DNA of 64,000 bases from an uncultured Clostridia bacterium (GTDB lineage Bacteria; Bacillota; Clostridia; Christensenellales; Borkfalkiaceae), in assembly GCA_947627065.1 (NCBI GenBank), contig CANQUN010000003.1, positions 378 to 64,377 on the forward strand, read 5' to 3'. Positions 49,159 to 58,438 of this stretch are shown here, piece after piece. The position numbers were made by a program, and so were the translations under genes. The first letter of the stretch is position 1. Every line of letters begins with the position of its first letter. The notes beneath the pieces are model-generated. The model worked only from the letters and a program-made list of their open reading frames with translations, did no database searches and had not been told where the DNA came from.

Positions 49159-50176
49159 GGAGTTGACGGCCAAAGCCTTCGACTCAGACTGCTGCAAACT
49201 CGCCTGCATTTCTGCATTTTTAAGGACGAGCGGCTCGGTCGTGTCCGACGGGCGGAACATAGGTTTCTCCTTCACCACAGAGAGCGCGTCCACCGCAGAA
49301 TACTTCAAAAATCTCATAGAAACCCGCTTTTCCCTCAAACCGCTCCCCGTTGCCGCCAAATCCCAACCCGCGGACAAGCAAGCCGATGATCGGCCGCAAC
49401 CTGCGGACAAGCAGCCCGACGTTCGGTCCGACAACGTGCAGGACAAAACCAAAGGCATGCGCGGTGCGGAAAAGGAGAAGATAACTGTCGAATACATCGA
49501 CGACACCACCCTCGGCATACTTTCTGAACTCGGCATTCTTTCGCTCACGCCCGAAGGCGTGTCGGTCAGGGTGGAGATTGACAAGTACCTCGTGGAGGAG
49601 GAAGAAAGCAAGCGCGCGTACATCGCCGGGGCGTTTTTAGGCGGCGGAAGTTGCACCTTGCCTTCGGACGAGGCGGGCAAGCGGGGCGGCTACCACTTTG
49701 AAATAGTCTTTTCTTATTACCGCACGGCTTCGGACTTCGCGGTGCTCATGGCCGAATTCGACATTCTCGTCAAGTTGATTTCGAGAAAGAACACCTTTGT
49801 CGTGTACATCAAAAACAACGACGAAATTCAGGAAGCCCTGTCGCTGATGGGTGCGGACAACGCCTCGCACGAACTTGCCGAAACGGTGGTTTACAAGGAC
49901 ATGAACAACACGGCCAACCGCAAGAGAAACTGCGATTTAGGCAACATTGACAAGCAGGTCAAGGCTTCCGAAAAGCAGTGCGCAGCCATAGAGGTCATCA
50001 TGAAAACCGTGGGGCTGGACGCCCTCCCGCCCGAACTCGCCGCGCTTTGCCGCCTGCGCATGAAGGACAGTTACCTCACCTACGAGGAGATGGCGGAAGA
50101 ACTCGGCATATCCAAGAGTTGCGTCAACCACAGGATGCGCAGGGTAATGAAGATAAAAGAGGAACTCAGCGACTGA
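49133..50176 (+). CDS. whiA: DNA-binding protein WhiA (with a ~40-aa low-complexity insertion)
   Basis: MNFTRRVKEELTAK..CCKLACISAFLRTSG..., LAGLIDADG-derived middle region, C-terminal HTH (MAEELGISKSCVNHRMRRV). Confidence 0.9.
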   Translation: MNFTRRVKEELTAKAFDSDCCKLACISAFLRTSGSVVSDGRNIGFSFTTESASTAEYFKNLIETRFSLKPLPVAAKSQPADKQADDRPQPADKQPDVRSDNVQDKTKGMRGAEKEKITVEYIDDTTLGILSELGILSLTPEGVSVRVEIDKYLVEEEESKRAYIAGAFLGGGSCTLPSDEAGKRGGYHFEIVFSYYRTASDFAVLMAEFDILVKLISRKNTFVVYIKNNDEIQEALSLMGADNASHELAETVVYKDMNNTANRKRNCDLGNIDKQVKASEKQCAAIEVIMKTVGLDALPPELAALCRLRMKDSYLTYEEMAEELGISKSCVNHRMRRVMKIKEELSD

Positions 50177-50503
50177 ACGTGGCCGCCCGCCGCAGTCAAA
50201 AGCGGCGTTCCGAAAACCGCAAGCGGCAACCGCTCGTAAAATTCAATTAGTGGCCTTTTTCTCACAAAAACGCGCAAAAACGGTAAAAATCAAGCCGAAC
50301 CGAAAAATCCCGTCAAAAATCCGAAAAGTGGCCTGAATCACGCAAAACCCGCATTTTCGCCCAAACGGCAAGCGGAGCCAACCTTGCCCCAAAATCATAA
50401 GACCGCAAGCCAAAACAACCCAAATCATAAAAGCATAAACAACCGACACAGAATAAAAACCATTAGACCAACCCACACAAAATAAAAAGCGTAAGAGGAA
50501 GAT

Positions 50504-53500
50504 ATGACCGATTTTGTGCATTTACACGTTCATACCGAATACAGCCTGCTCGACGGAGCGGCCAAGATAGACGAGATATTCAAGGTCGTCAAGGAGCTGG
50601 GACAGAGCGCGGTGGCCATAACCGACCACGGCAACATGTACGGCACCCTTTATTTTGCCGAACTTGCCAAAAAAGCGGGCGTTCAGCCCATAATCGGCTG
50701 CGAGATGTACATGTGCGACGACATGACCCGCAAGGGCGGAAGGGTGGACGCCGAAAACGACCACCTCATACTTCTTTGCAAAAACAAAACGGGTTACAAA
50801 AACCTCATACGTCTCGACAGCGACGCGTGGGTGGACGGCTTCTACTTCAAACCGAGGTCGGATTACAACCACTTGAAGGGCCACACCCAAGGCCTCGTCT
50901 GCCTTTCGGCGTGCATCGCGGGCAAGATTCCCAAACGGCTGCTGCGCGGCGACTACCAAGGGGCAAAGCAGACCGCCCTCGAACTGAAAGAACTGTTCGG
51001 CGACGACTTTTACATAGAGATACAGGACCACGGTCTTGAAGAGGAAAAGGTCGTGCGCCCCTTGCTCATAAAACTTGCCGAAGAGGTGGGCGTAAAACTC
51101 GTTGCCACCAACGACGCGCATTACCTTACCAAAAAGGACAGCGAGATGCAGGACGTAATGCTGTGCATAAACACCAAGCGCACGCTCGACGACCCCAACC
51201 GTCTGAGATTCGGCTCCGACGAATACTATCTAAAGAGCGGAGACGAAATGCTCTCCCTTTTCCCCGACCACCCCGAGGCAATAGCAAATACCCTCGAAAT
51301 CGCACAAAAATGCAATGAAGAACCCGTCTTTAACCTCACCGCCAAGGGCGACCCCATAAGGGACAAGACGCTGATACCCGGGTACGTTCCGCCCGACGGA
51401 AAGACCCCCTACGAGTACCTGAGAGAACTTGCCGAAAACGGTCTTAAAAAACGCTACAAGGAGATCACCCCCGAGATAAGGGAGAGGTTCGAGTACGAAC
51501 TTTCCACCATAGCAAAGATGGGTTATCTCGAATACTACCTCATAGTTTGGGACTTCATCAACTACGCGCGCGAGCACGGCATTCCCGTCGGCGCGGGCAG
51601 GGGCAGCGGCGTCAGCAGCATAATAGCCTACTCGGTCGGCATAACCGACGTGGAGCCTCTCAAATACTCCCTCGTGTTCGAGCGGTTTTTGAATCCCGAA
51701 CGCGTCAGCATGCCCGACTTTGACATAGACTTCTGCAACGAGCGCAGAGGAGAAGTGATAGAGTATGTCAGGAACAAGTACGGTGCGGACAAGGTTGCGC
51801 AGATAGTAACCTTCGGAACCCTCGCTTCCAAGGCGGCCATAAAGGACGTGGCCCGCGTTTACAACATTCCGTTTTCGGATGTCAACAAGATAACCAAACT
51901 CATGGACTCCCGCTGCACCATAGCCGAATCCCTCGGCTTTGTCAAAAACAAGGACGGCGTGGACGTGTGCGTGAGAGAACTCAAAGAACTTTACGACACC
52001 GACCCCACCCTCCACAGGGTCATCGACATGGCGCTGCGGCTTGAAGGAATGCCCAAAAACATCTCCCAGCACGCCGCGGGCGTAATAATCTGCGCCAAAC
52101 CGCTTGCGGACAACATTCCCCTTTCCAGAAACGGAGAGGACGTAGTAACGCAGTTCGACATGAAGGAGGACGAAGCCCTCGGCCTGCTCAAGATGGACTT
52201 CCTCGCCCTGCGCACCCTCACCGATATAAAAAAATGTCTCGATTACATTGAGGAAGATTACGGCATAAGGCCCGACTTTCAGGAGATAGGTTACGACGTA
52301 AAGGAAGCCTACGACCTGATTGGAGAGGGCGAGACGGACGCCGTGTTCCAACTTGAAAGTCCGGGCATGAAGAGGTTCATGCGGGAACTCAAGCCCGCCA
52401 ATCTCGAAGATATAATCGCGGGCATCTCCCTCTACCGCCCGGGTCCCATGGATTCCATACCCAAGTACATAAAGTACAAGAGCCACCCCGAAACCATAGT
52501 CTACAAGCACCCCATGCTCGAGTCCATACTCAAGGTTACCCACGGCACGCTCATATATCAGGAGCAGGTCATGGAAATCGTCCGCAAACTTGCGGGTTAC
52601 AGTTTCGGGCAGTCGGACATAATCCGCCGCGCCATGGGCAAGAAGGACGTGGACGAAATGGCCCGCCAAAAGAAATTTTTCATCTTCGGCATGCCCGCCG
52701 ATGGGGACAAGCCCGCCATAGAAGGCGCGGTCGCTCGCGGCGTGCCCGAGGACGTTGCGGGTGAAATATTCGACGAAATGGCGGGTTTTGCAAAGTACGC
52801 CTTCAACAAATCCCACGCGGCGGCTTACGCAGTCCTCGCTTACCAGACGGCGTATCTCAAAAAGTTCTACCCGCACGAGTTCCTCGCCGCGGTTCTCAAC
52901 AACAGGATAGACAAGATAGAGGAGACCACCAAGTATATCCAGTACCTCAAAGACAAGGGAATCTCCGTTCTGCCTCCCGACATTAACCGCTCCAAAGCCT
53001 ACTTCTCGGTGGAAAACAAGTGCGTGCGTTACGGCCTCGTCGCCCTCAAGAACGTCGGCCTTCAGGCCATAGAATCCATCGTCGAGGACAGGGATAAAAA
53101 CGGCCCGTTCATATCGTTTGAAAACTTCGTGTCAAGATGCTCGGGCAAACTGCTCAACAAACGTCTGGTGGAAAGTCTCATTCTCGCGGGCACATTCGAC
53201 TGTTTCGGCGTTCCCCGCGCCCGCCTCATGGCCGTTTACGAAGAACTGCTCGACAGGGTCGCGGGCATAGCCAAGCAGAGGGAGAGCAACCAGATTTCTC
53301 TGTTTGACGGCATGCTCGGGCAGGACAACACCGTTACCGTGGATTACCCCGTCGAGATAGAAGAGTACGACCAGAAAACCAAGTTGATGAAGGAAAAATC
53401 CGTCATCGGCGTGTACATTTCGGGCCACCCGCTCGAGGATTACCGCGAAAAATTCAAGGGCATGTTCACCACCCAGATACTCGAATATTACGAGGAGGAC

Positions 53501-54043
53501 GAGGATGGAGAAAAGACGTATACCGAACTGGTGGACGGCACCCGCGTTACCATGGGCGGCATGATATCCTCGTGGTCGAGAATAATGACAAAGAGGGGAG
53601 ACTTCATGGCATACATCACCCTCGAGGACGTCTACGGTCAGATAGAATGCGTCGTTTTCCCCAAGACTTACGACAGATTCAAGGACTTTATAAAGGAAGA
53701 AGAGGTCCTCAAAATAACGGGCACCCTCAGATACGAAAAAGGGTCGGAACCCAAGATAAACGTCGAATCCATAGAGGTTTACGAGGACGTGCAGGAAGAG
53801 ATTCCCGAAGTCAAGACGAGCGGCGAGCGTGATTGGCTGCTCATAACCCTGCCCCCCGAAAAGGAAGATATCGTAGACGATCTCATCGACATCTTCGGCT
53901 ACTATCAGGGCGACGTCAACGTCGTGCTCGAAAAGGGCGGCAAGCGTTACAAACTCAACACCCCCGTCCGCCGCTGCAACGCTCTCGAGGGCGAACTCTC
54001 CGCCCTTCTCGACGAGGGCGAATACTCCTTCTTCCGCAAATAA
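50504..54043 (+). CDS. dnaE: DNA polymerase III alpha subunit (DnaE type)
   Basis: FVHLHVHTEYSLLDGA (PHP), GRGSGVSSIIAYSVGITDV, PDFDIDF, OB fold near the C-terminus. 1179 aa. Confidence 0.97.
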   Translation: MTDFVHLHVHTEYSLLDGAAKIDEIFKVVKELGQSAVAITDHGNMYGTLYFAELAKKAGVQPIIGCEMYMCDDMTRKGGRVDAENDHLILLCKNKTGYKNLIRLDSDAWVDGFYFKPRSDYNHLKGHTQGLVCLSACIAGKIPKRLLRGDYQGAKQTALELKELFGDDFYIEIQDHGLEEEKVVRPLLIKLAEEVGVKLVATNDAHYLTKKDSEMQDVMLCINTKRTLDDPNRLRFGSDEYYLKSGDEMLSLFPDHPEAIANTLEIAQKCNEEPVFNLTAKGDPIRDKTLIPGYVPPDGKTPYEYLRELAENGLKKRYKEITPEIRERFEYELSTIAKMGYLEYYLIVWDFINYAREHGIPVGAGRGSGVSSIIAYSVGITDVEPLKYSLVFERFLNPERVSMPDFDIDFCNERRGEVIEYVRNKYGADKVAQIVTFGTLASKAAIKDVARVYNIPFSDVNKITKLMDSRCTIAESLGFVKNKDGVDVCVRELKELYDTDPTLHRVIDMALRLEGMPKNISQHAAGVIICAKPLADNIPLSRNGEDVVTQFDMKEDEALGLLKMDFLALRTLTDIKKCLDYIEEDYGIRPDFQEIGYDVKEAYDLIGEGETDAVFQLESPGMKRFMRELKPANLEDIIAGISLYRPGPMDSIPKYIKYKSHPETIVYKHPMLESILKVTHGTLIYQEQVMEIVRKLAGYSFGQSDIIRRAMGKKDVDEMARQKKFFIFGMPADGDKPAIEGAVARGVPEDVAGEIFDEMAGFAKYAFNKSHAAAYAVLAYQTAYLKKFYPHEFLAAVLNNRIDKIEETTKYIQYLKDKGISVLPPDINRSKAYFSVENKCVRYGLVALKNVGLQAIESIVEDRDKNGPFISFENFVSRCSGKLLNKRLVESLILAGTFDCFGVPRARLMAVYEELLDRVAGIAKQRESNQISLFDGMLGQDNTVTVDYPVEIEEYDQKTKLMKEKSVIGVYISGHPLEDYREKFKGMFTTQILEYYEEDEDGEKTYTELVDGTRVTMGGMISSWSRIMTKRGDFMAYITLEDVYGQIECVVFPKTYDRFKDFIKEEEVLKITGTLRYEKGSEPKINVESIEVYEDVQEEIPEVKTSGERDWLLITLPPEKEDIVDDLIDIFGYYQGDVNVVLEKGGKRYKLNTPVRRCNALEGELSALLDEGEYSFFRK

Positions 54044-54130
54044 CCCCCTAAAACGCACAAAAACGGCACATTTTGTGTTGTCGCGCCTCATAACCCCTCA
54101 ACTGTTCTCGGCAGATTGTTCAGGCCAAAC

Positions 54131-54420
54131 CTTTGTCAGTTGGTCGTAAATCCATTTCGGCCGTTTGCGCTCTTGCCGTGCCAACCTATTGTTGGCCGAT
54201 TGCTACTCTCAATTCTTTTTTGGGTTAGTTGTGCGCTTACCCAAAACCCTTTGTAGGTTCGGCCACTCCGTCCCGCCAACTATTTGTCGGTCAGTTACAA
54301 CTTCAAAATCCTTTTTGGGTCGGTTACGCTCTTACCTCGCTCCCGCTTGTCGGTCGGTTACATGCTTGCCAAAACCCTTTTGTTGGCTCGGTTGTAAAAT
54401 CCCTTTGTCGGTCGATTAGT
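54131..54420 (+). repeat. about 10 degenerate direct repeats (20-34 nt period) with core CC(C)TTTGTCGGTCGGTTAC
   Basis: Units start at 54131, 54152, 54181, 54215, 54242, 54276, 54310, 54342, 54375 and 54401. G/T-rich on the + strand. Confidence 0.6.
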
Positions 54421-54558
54421 CCCCTAAAACGCACAAAAACGCCACATTTTGCCTCTGTACGGCGCTGCGGATAACCGTCATCTGCCCGCACAACTCATCA
54501 CCTTTCGATACCGTACCGCGGAACTTCCCGCGGTATTTTTCATTGCCGCCCGTCCGAC

Positions 54559-54699
54559 TTGGCGCCTCCTCGGGAGGAGCTGTCGCGGAGCGACTGAGGT
54601 GGCCCTCAAACAATCCGTCAACCCCACCGACACTCGGGCAACCGCGCCCGACTTGGCGCCTCCTCGGGAGGAGCTGTCGCGGAGCGACTGAGGTGGGCC
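54559..54699 (+). repeat. two copies of a sequence variant of the two-hairpin element (94-nt period)
   Basis: 54559-54605 and 54653-54699: TTGGCGCCTCC-tcg-GGAGGAGCT GTCGC-gga-GCGAC TGAGGTGG(C/G)C. Confidence 0.8.
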
Positions 54700-55067
54700 T
54701 TCCATTCGCCTCCCAATCGCCGCTAATAGTCTCAAACAATTGCCTACCCGTCGCCGCCATTGCCATCGTTTCCACCATTTCAGCCGTTATCGCCAAGCCG
54801 TGCCGCAACGACGTATGCCCGCAAGCACACCCGCACACTTGCACATCTGTTACGGCCGCCCCAACACCCGCCAAAGCCGCACCGGAGAGGGCAGCCAAAC
54901 ACCCCGCCACGACTGCGCAAACGTGCATTTGTACCCGCAAAACGATAATTTTGCGCATTTTTTGCCGCCGTTTTCAAAGCGCGTGTTATTTTTTCACACT
55001 TTTCAGGCACTTTGCGGGTTGCGGCGTAAAGTTTCACCAAATCAACACAATTATTTTCTTAAAAGTA

Positions 55068-55096
55068 TTGAAATTGACTTTAATGTGTAGTATAAT
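55068..55096 (+). promoter_or_regulatory. promoter TTGAAA-17-TATAAT for the glg operon
   Basis: TTGAAA 55068-55073 and TATAAT 55091-55096, about 50 nt before the glgB ATG. Confidence 0.5.
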
Positions 55097-55147
55097 GTTT
55101 TGGTAAAGTAGGATATACTAAGTGTATCCGTATCGGGCGGAACTGAA

Positions 55148-57028
55148 ATGACAGATAATTACGAATTACCCATATTCCTTTTCCACCAGGGGACAAACTT
55201 CTACGCGTACGAATTTTTAGGTTCGCACTTCGGGGAGAAAAACGGCAAGCCCGGGGTCTATTTCCGCGTGTGGGCGCCGGAAGCAAAGGCGGTGTCCGTC
55301 GTCGGCTCCTTCAACTTCTGGAACACGACCAAAAACCCCATGGAACTCATTGACGACAGCGGAATTTACGAGACCTTTATACCAAAACTCAAAAAGTACG
55401 ACAAGTACAAGTACGCCATAACCTCCGAGAGCGGCACGGTGTTCAAGGCCGACCCTTACGCCGTCCACAGCGAAACGCCGAGCGGAACGGCCTCTCAGAT
55501 TTATTCGCTGGACGGGTTCAACTGGACGGATGAAGAATACGTTGCGGCACGCAACGCGACAAACGTGTACTCCGGACCCATGAACATCTACGAGGTGCAC
55601 CTCGGTTCGTGGAAGAGGAACGAGGACGGCAGTTATTACGACTACCGCAGGCTTGCCAAAGAACTCGTCAAGTACGTCAAGGACATGAACTACACGCACA
55701 TAGAGTTGATGCCCGTGTCCGAATATCCCTACGACGGGTCGTGGGGCTACCAGATAACGGGGTACTTTTCGGTAACCTCGCGCTTCGGCACCCCGCACGA
55801 CTTCATGTACTTCGTCAACGAATGCCACCGCCACGGCATAGGCGTCATCGTCGACTGGGTGCCCGCCCACTTCCCCAAGGACGAGCACGGTCTCATAGAG
55901 TTCGACGGCCGGCCCCTTTACGAAAACAAGGGCTGGGACCGCATGGAGCACAAACGCTGGGGAACGAGGCGTTTCGATTACGGCAGGAGCGAGGTGCAGA
56001 GTTTCCTCATTTCCAACGCCGTGTTCTTCTTTGAAAAGTACCACGTGGACGGCCTGAGGGTGGACGCGGTTGCGAGCATGCTCTATCTCGACTACGACAA
56101 GGCCCCGGGCGAATGGATACCCAACCAATACGGAGAAAACAAGAATTTAGAGGCGGTCGCCTTCCTGCAAAAACTCAACTGTGCCGTGTTCGAACGTTTC
56201 CCTTATGCACTGATGATTGCCGAGGAATCCACGGCTTGGCCCATGGTAACCCGCCCCACGGACGTCGGCGGTCTCGGCTTCAACTTCAAGTGGAACATGG
56301 GCTGGATGAACGACACGCTTTCCTACATACAGACGGACGCGTACTTCCGCAAGTACGAGCACAACAAACTCACCTTCCCCATGATGTACGCCTTTTCGGA
56401 AAATTACGTTCTGCCCATCTCGCATGACGAAGTGGTGCACGGCAAAAAGTCTCTCATCGACAAGATGCCGGGTTCTTATGAAGAAAAGTTTGCCAACGTG
56501 CGCGCGTTCATGTGCTACATGATGGCGCACCCGGGCAAGAAACTCATGTTCATGGGCTGCGAATACGGGCAGTTCAAAGAGTGGGACTTCGGTTCGGGTC
56601 TGGAATTTTTCATGCTCGGCTACGAAAAGCACAGGCTGCTCAAAGACTTTTTCAAAGAGATAAACGGCATCTACCGCACCACCCGCGCCCTGTACGAGAT
56701 AGAGGACGGATGGGACGGGTTTGAATGGATTGACTCCGACGACAGGGACAACAACGTGATTGCCTTCAAACGCATGGACAGGGAAGGGGGAGAGACGCTG
56801 GTCGTCATCAATTTCTCGGGCGTCGCGCGCGAAAATTACCGCATAGGCGCAGACGAGGGCAAGTACAAGGTAATTCTCAACACCGACCTCAAACGTTTCG
56901 GCGGGGAGGAAAAGTTTACAAAACGCGTCTACCGCACCGTCAAAAAACCCATGCACGGCAAGGAACATTCCATTCCCGTCAACCTCAACAGTTTCTCGGG
57001 TCTGTATCTGCAAAAGATAAAACAATAG
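55148..57028 (+). CDS. glgB: 1,4-alpha-glucan branching enzyme
   Basis: GH13 motifs DWVPAHF, GLRVDAVASM, AEEST and SHDEVVHGK, with an N-terminal CBM48-like region. Confidence 0.96.
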   Translation: MTDNYELPIFLFHQGTNFYAYEFLGSHFGEKNGKPGVYFRVWAPEAKAVSVVGSFNFWNTTKNPMELIDDSGIYETFIPKLKKYDKYKYAITSESGTVFKADPYAVHSETPSGTASQIYSLDGFNWTDEEYVAARNATNVYSGPMNIYEVHLGSWKRNEDGSYYDYRRLAKELVKYVKDMNYTHIELMPVSEYPYDGSWGYQITGYFSVTSRFGTPHDFMYFVNECHRHGIGVIVDWVPAHFPKDEHGLIEFDGRPLYENKGWDRMEHKRWGTRRFDYGRSEVQSFLISNAVFFFEKYHVDGLRVDAVASMLYLDYDKAPGEWIPNQYGENKNLEAVAFLQKLNCAVFERFPYALMIAEESTAWPMVTRPTDVGGLGFNFKWNMGWMNDTLSYIQTDAYFRKYEHNKLTFPMMYAFSENYVLPISHDEVVHGKKSLIDKMPGSYEEKFANVRAFMCYMMAHPGKKLMFMGCEYGQFKEWDFGSGLEFFMLGYEKHRLLKDFFKEINGIYRTTRALYEIEDGWDGFEWIDSDDRDNNVIAFKRMDREGGETLVVINFSGVARENYRIGADEGKYKVILNTDLKRFGGEEKFTKRVYRTVKKPMHGKEHSIPVNLNSFSGLYLQKIKQ

Positions 57029-57070
57029 CGGCGTCCGCTCAGGTCTTTGCTCTTGCGGAAAACGGCCGTT

Positions 57071-57175
57071 AATGCGCGAAAAAGGCCACTTTTTGCCGCG
57101 ATGTGTCAAAAAGGCCATTTTGCCGCCAAGCACCAAAAATGGCACTTTTGCCGCAAAGCACCAAAAAACACCGCC
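57071..57175 (+). repeat. three to four tandem ~28-33-nt units derived from the 3' half of the ~25-nt word
   Basis: AATGCGCGAAAAAGGCCACTTTTTGCCGCG / ATGTGTCAAAAAGGCCATTTTGCCGCCAAGCACC / AAAAATGGCACTTTTGCCGCAAAGCACC / AAAAAACACCGCC. Confidence 0.6.
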
Positions 57176-57237
57176 ATGTAAGACGGCTTTATATACAAGG
57201 GCTTTCGGAATGAAAGCCCGCTTAAAGGGAGGAAAAT

Positions 57238-58428
57238 ATGTACAAGAAAAAAGAATGCGTGGCCATGCTCCTCGCAGGGGGGCAGGGCAGCAGACTGTAC
57301 GCGCTGACTACAAAGATAGCCAAGCCCGCGGTTACCTTCGGAGGGAAGTACAGGATAATAGACTTTCCGCTTTCCAACTGCGTCAATTCGGGCATAGACA
57401 CGGTGGGCGTGCTCACGCAGTACCAGCCCCTCGTGCTCAACGAGTACATCGGCAACGGCCAGCCGTGGGATCTGGACAGATCGTTCGGCGGCGTGCACAT
57501 CCTCTCGCCCTATCAGGCAAAGAACCGTTCGGACTGGTACAAGGGCACCGCCAACGCCATCTACCAGAACCTCTACTTCATCAAGACTTACGACCCCGAT
57601 TACGTGCTCGTGCTGTCGGGCGACCACATATACAAGATGGACTATTCGGCAATGCTCGATTTTCACAAGGAAAACGGCGCCGCCTGCACCATAGCCGCCA
57701 TAAAGGTGCCCATGGAAGAAACTTCCCGCTTCGGCATAATCAACACGGCGGAGGGCGGCAGGATAACCGAGTTTGAAGAAAAGCCCAAGCACGCCCGCAG
57801 CGACCTTGCGTCCATGGGAATTTACATATTCAACGCAGACAAACTCTACTCTTATCTCGAGGCCGACGACGCCGACCCCAAGAGCACCAACGACTTCGGC
57901 AAGGACATTCTGCCCAAGATGCTGGCGGCGGGCGAAAGGCTGTTTGCCTACACCTTTGAAGGTTATTGGAAGGACGTTGGGACGATAGAATCCCTGTACG
58001 AGGCCAACATGGACCTGCTCGGCGAAAATCCCACCCTCGACCTTTCGGACTCGGGCTGGCGCATACATTCCCGCAACCCGATAGCCCCGCCGCAGTACGT
58101 GGGCAAGGACGCAAAGATACGCAATTCCATAGTGTCCCTCGGCTGCGAGATAGAGGGCACGGTGGAAAACTCCGTTCTCTCCTCGGGCGTTGTCGTCGGC
58201 AAGGGCGCGGTCGTAAAGGACAGCATAATCATGAGCGGCGCAGAGATTGCCGACGGAGCCGTCGTAACCTACTCCATCGTGGATGAAGAAGCGCGCGTGG
58301 GCGCCTCTGCCCGCGTGGGAGAGGAAAGGGCGAGCGGCAACGGCATAACCGTCGTCGGCAGGGGCTGCAAGGTAGATGAAAACGCCGTGGTAGGCGGCGG
58401 ACAAATACTCGATATTTGTGAGAAATAG
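57238..58428 (+). CDS. glgC: glucose-1-phosphate adenylyltransferase
   Basis: [38 protein letters not shown] is the canonical GlgC N-terminus. GGGAGG RBS. Confidence 0.96.
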   Translation: MYKKKECVAMLLAGGQGSRLYALTTKIAKPAVTFGGKYRIIDFPLSNCVNSGIDTVGVLTQYQPLVLNEYIGNGQPWDLDRSFGGVHILSPYQAKNRSDWYKGTANAIYQNLYFIKTYDPDYVLVLSGDHIYKMDYSAMLDFHKENGAACTIAAIKVPMEETSRFGIINTAEGGRITEFEEKPKHARSDLASMGIYIFNADKLYSYLEADDADPKSTNDFGKDILPKMLAAGERLFAYTFEGYWKDVGTIESLYEANMDLLGENPTLDLSDSGWRIHSRNPIAPPQYVGKDAKIRNSIVSLGCEIEGTVENSVLSSGVVVGKGAVVKDSIIMSGAEIADGAVVTYSIVDEEARVGASARVGEERASGNGITVVGRGCKVDENAVVGGGQILDICEK

Positions 58429-58438
58429 GGGGTAAATC

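Noticed and set aside
54165-54474. ORFs 54165-54419 and 54229-54474 (+) in the dnaE-glgB spacer as small protein genes
   Set aside because: Their sequence is simply the translation of the degenerate ~30-nt repeat array (Cys/Leu/Arg/Phe-rich), with no RBS. Both overlapping frames are open, which is typical of repeats and not of genes.
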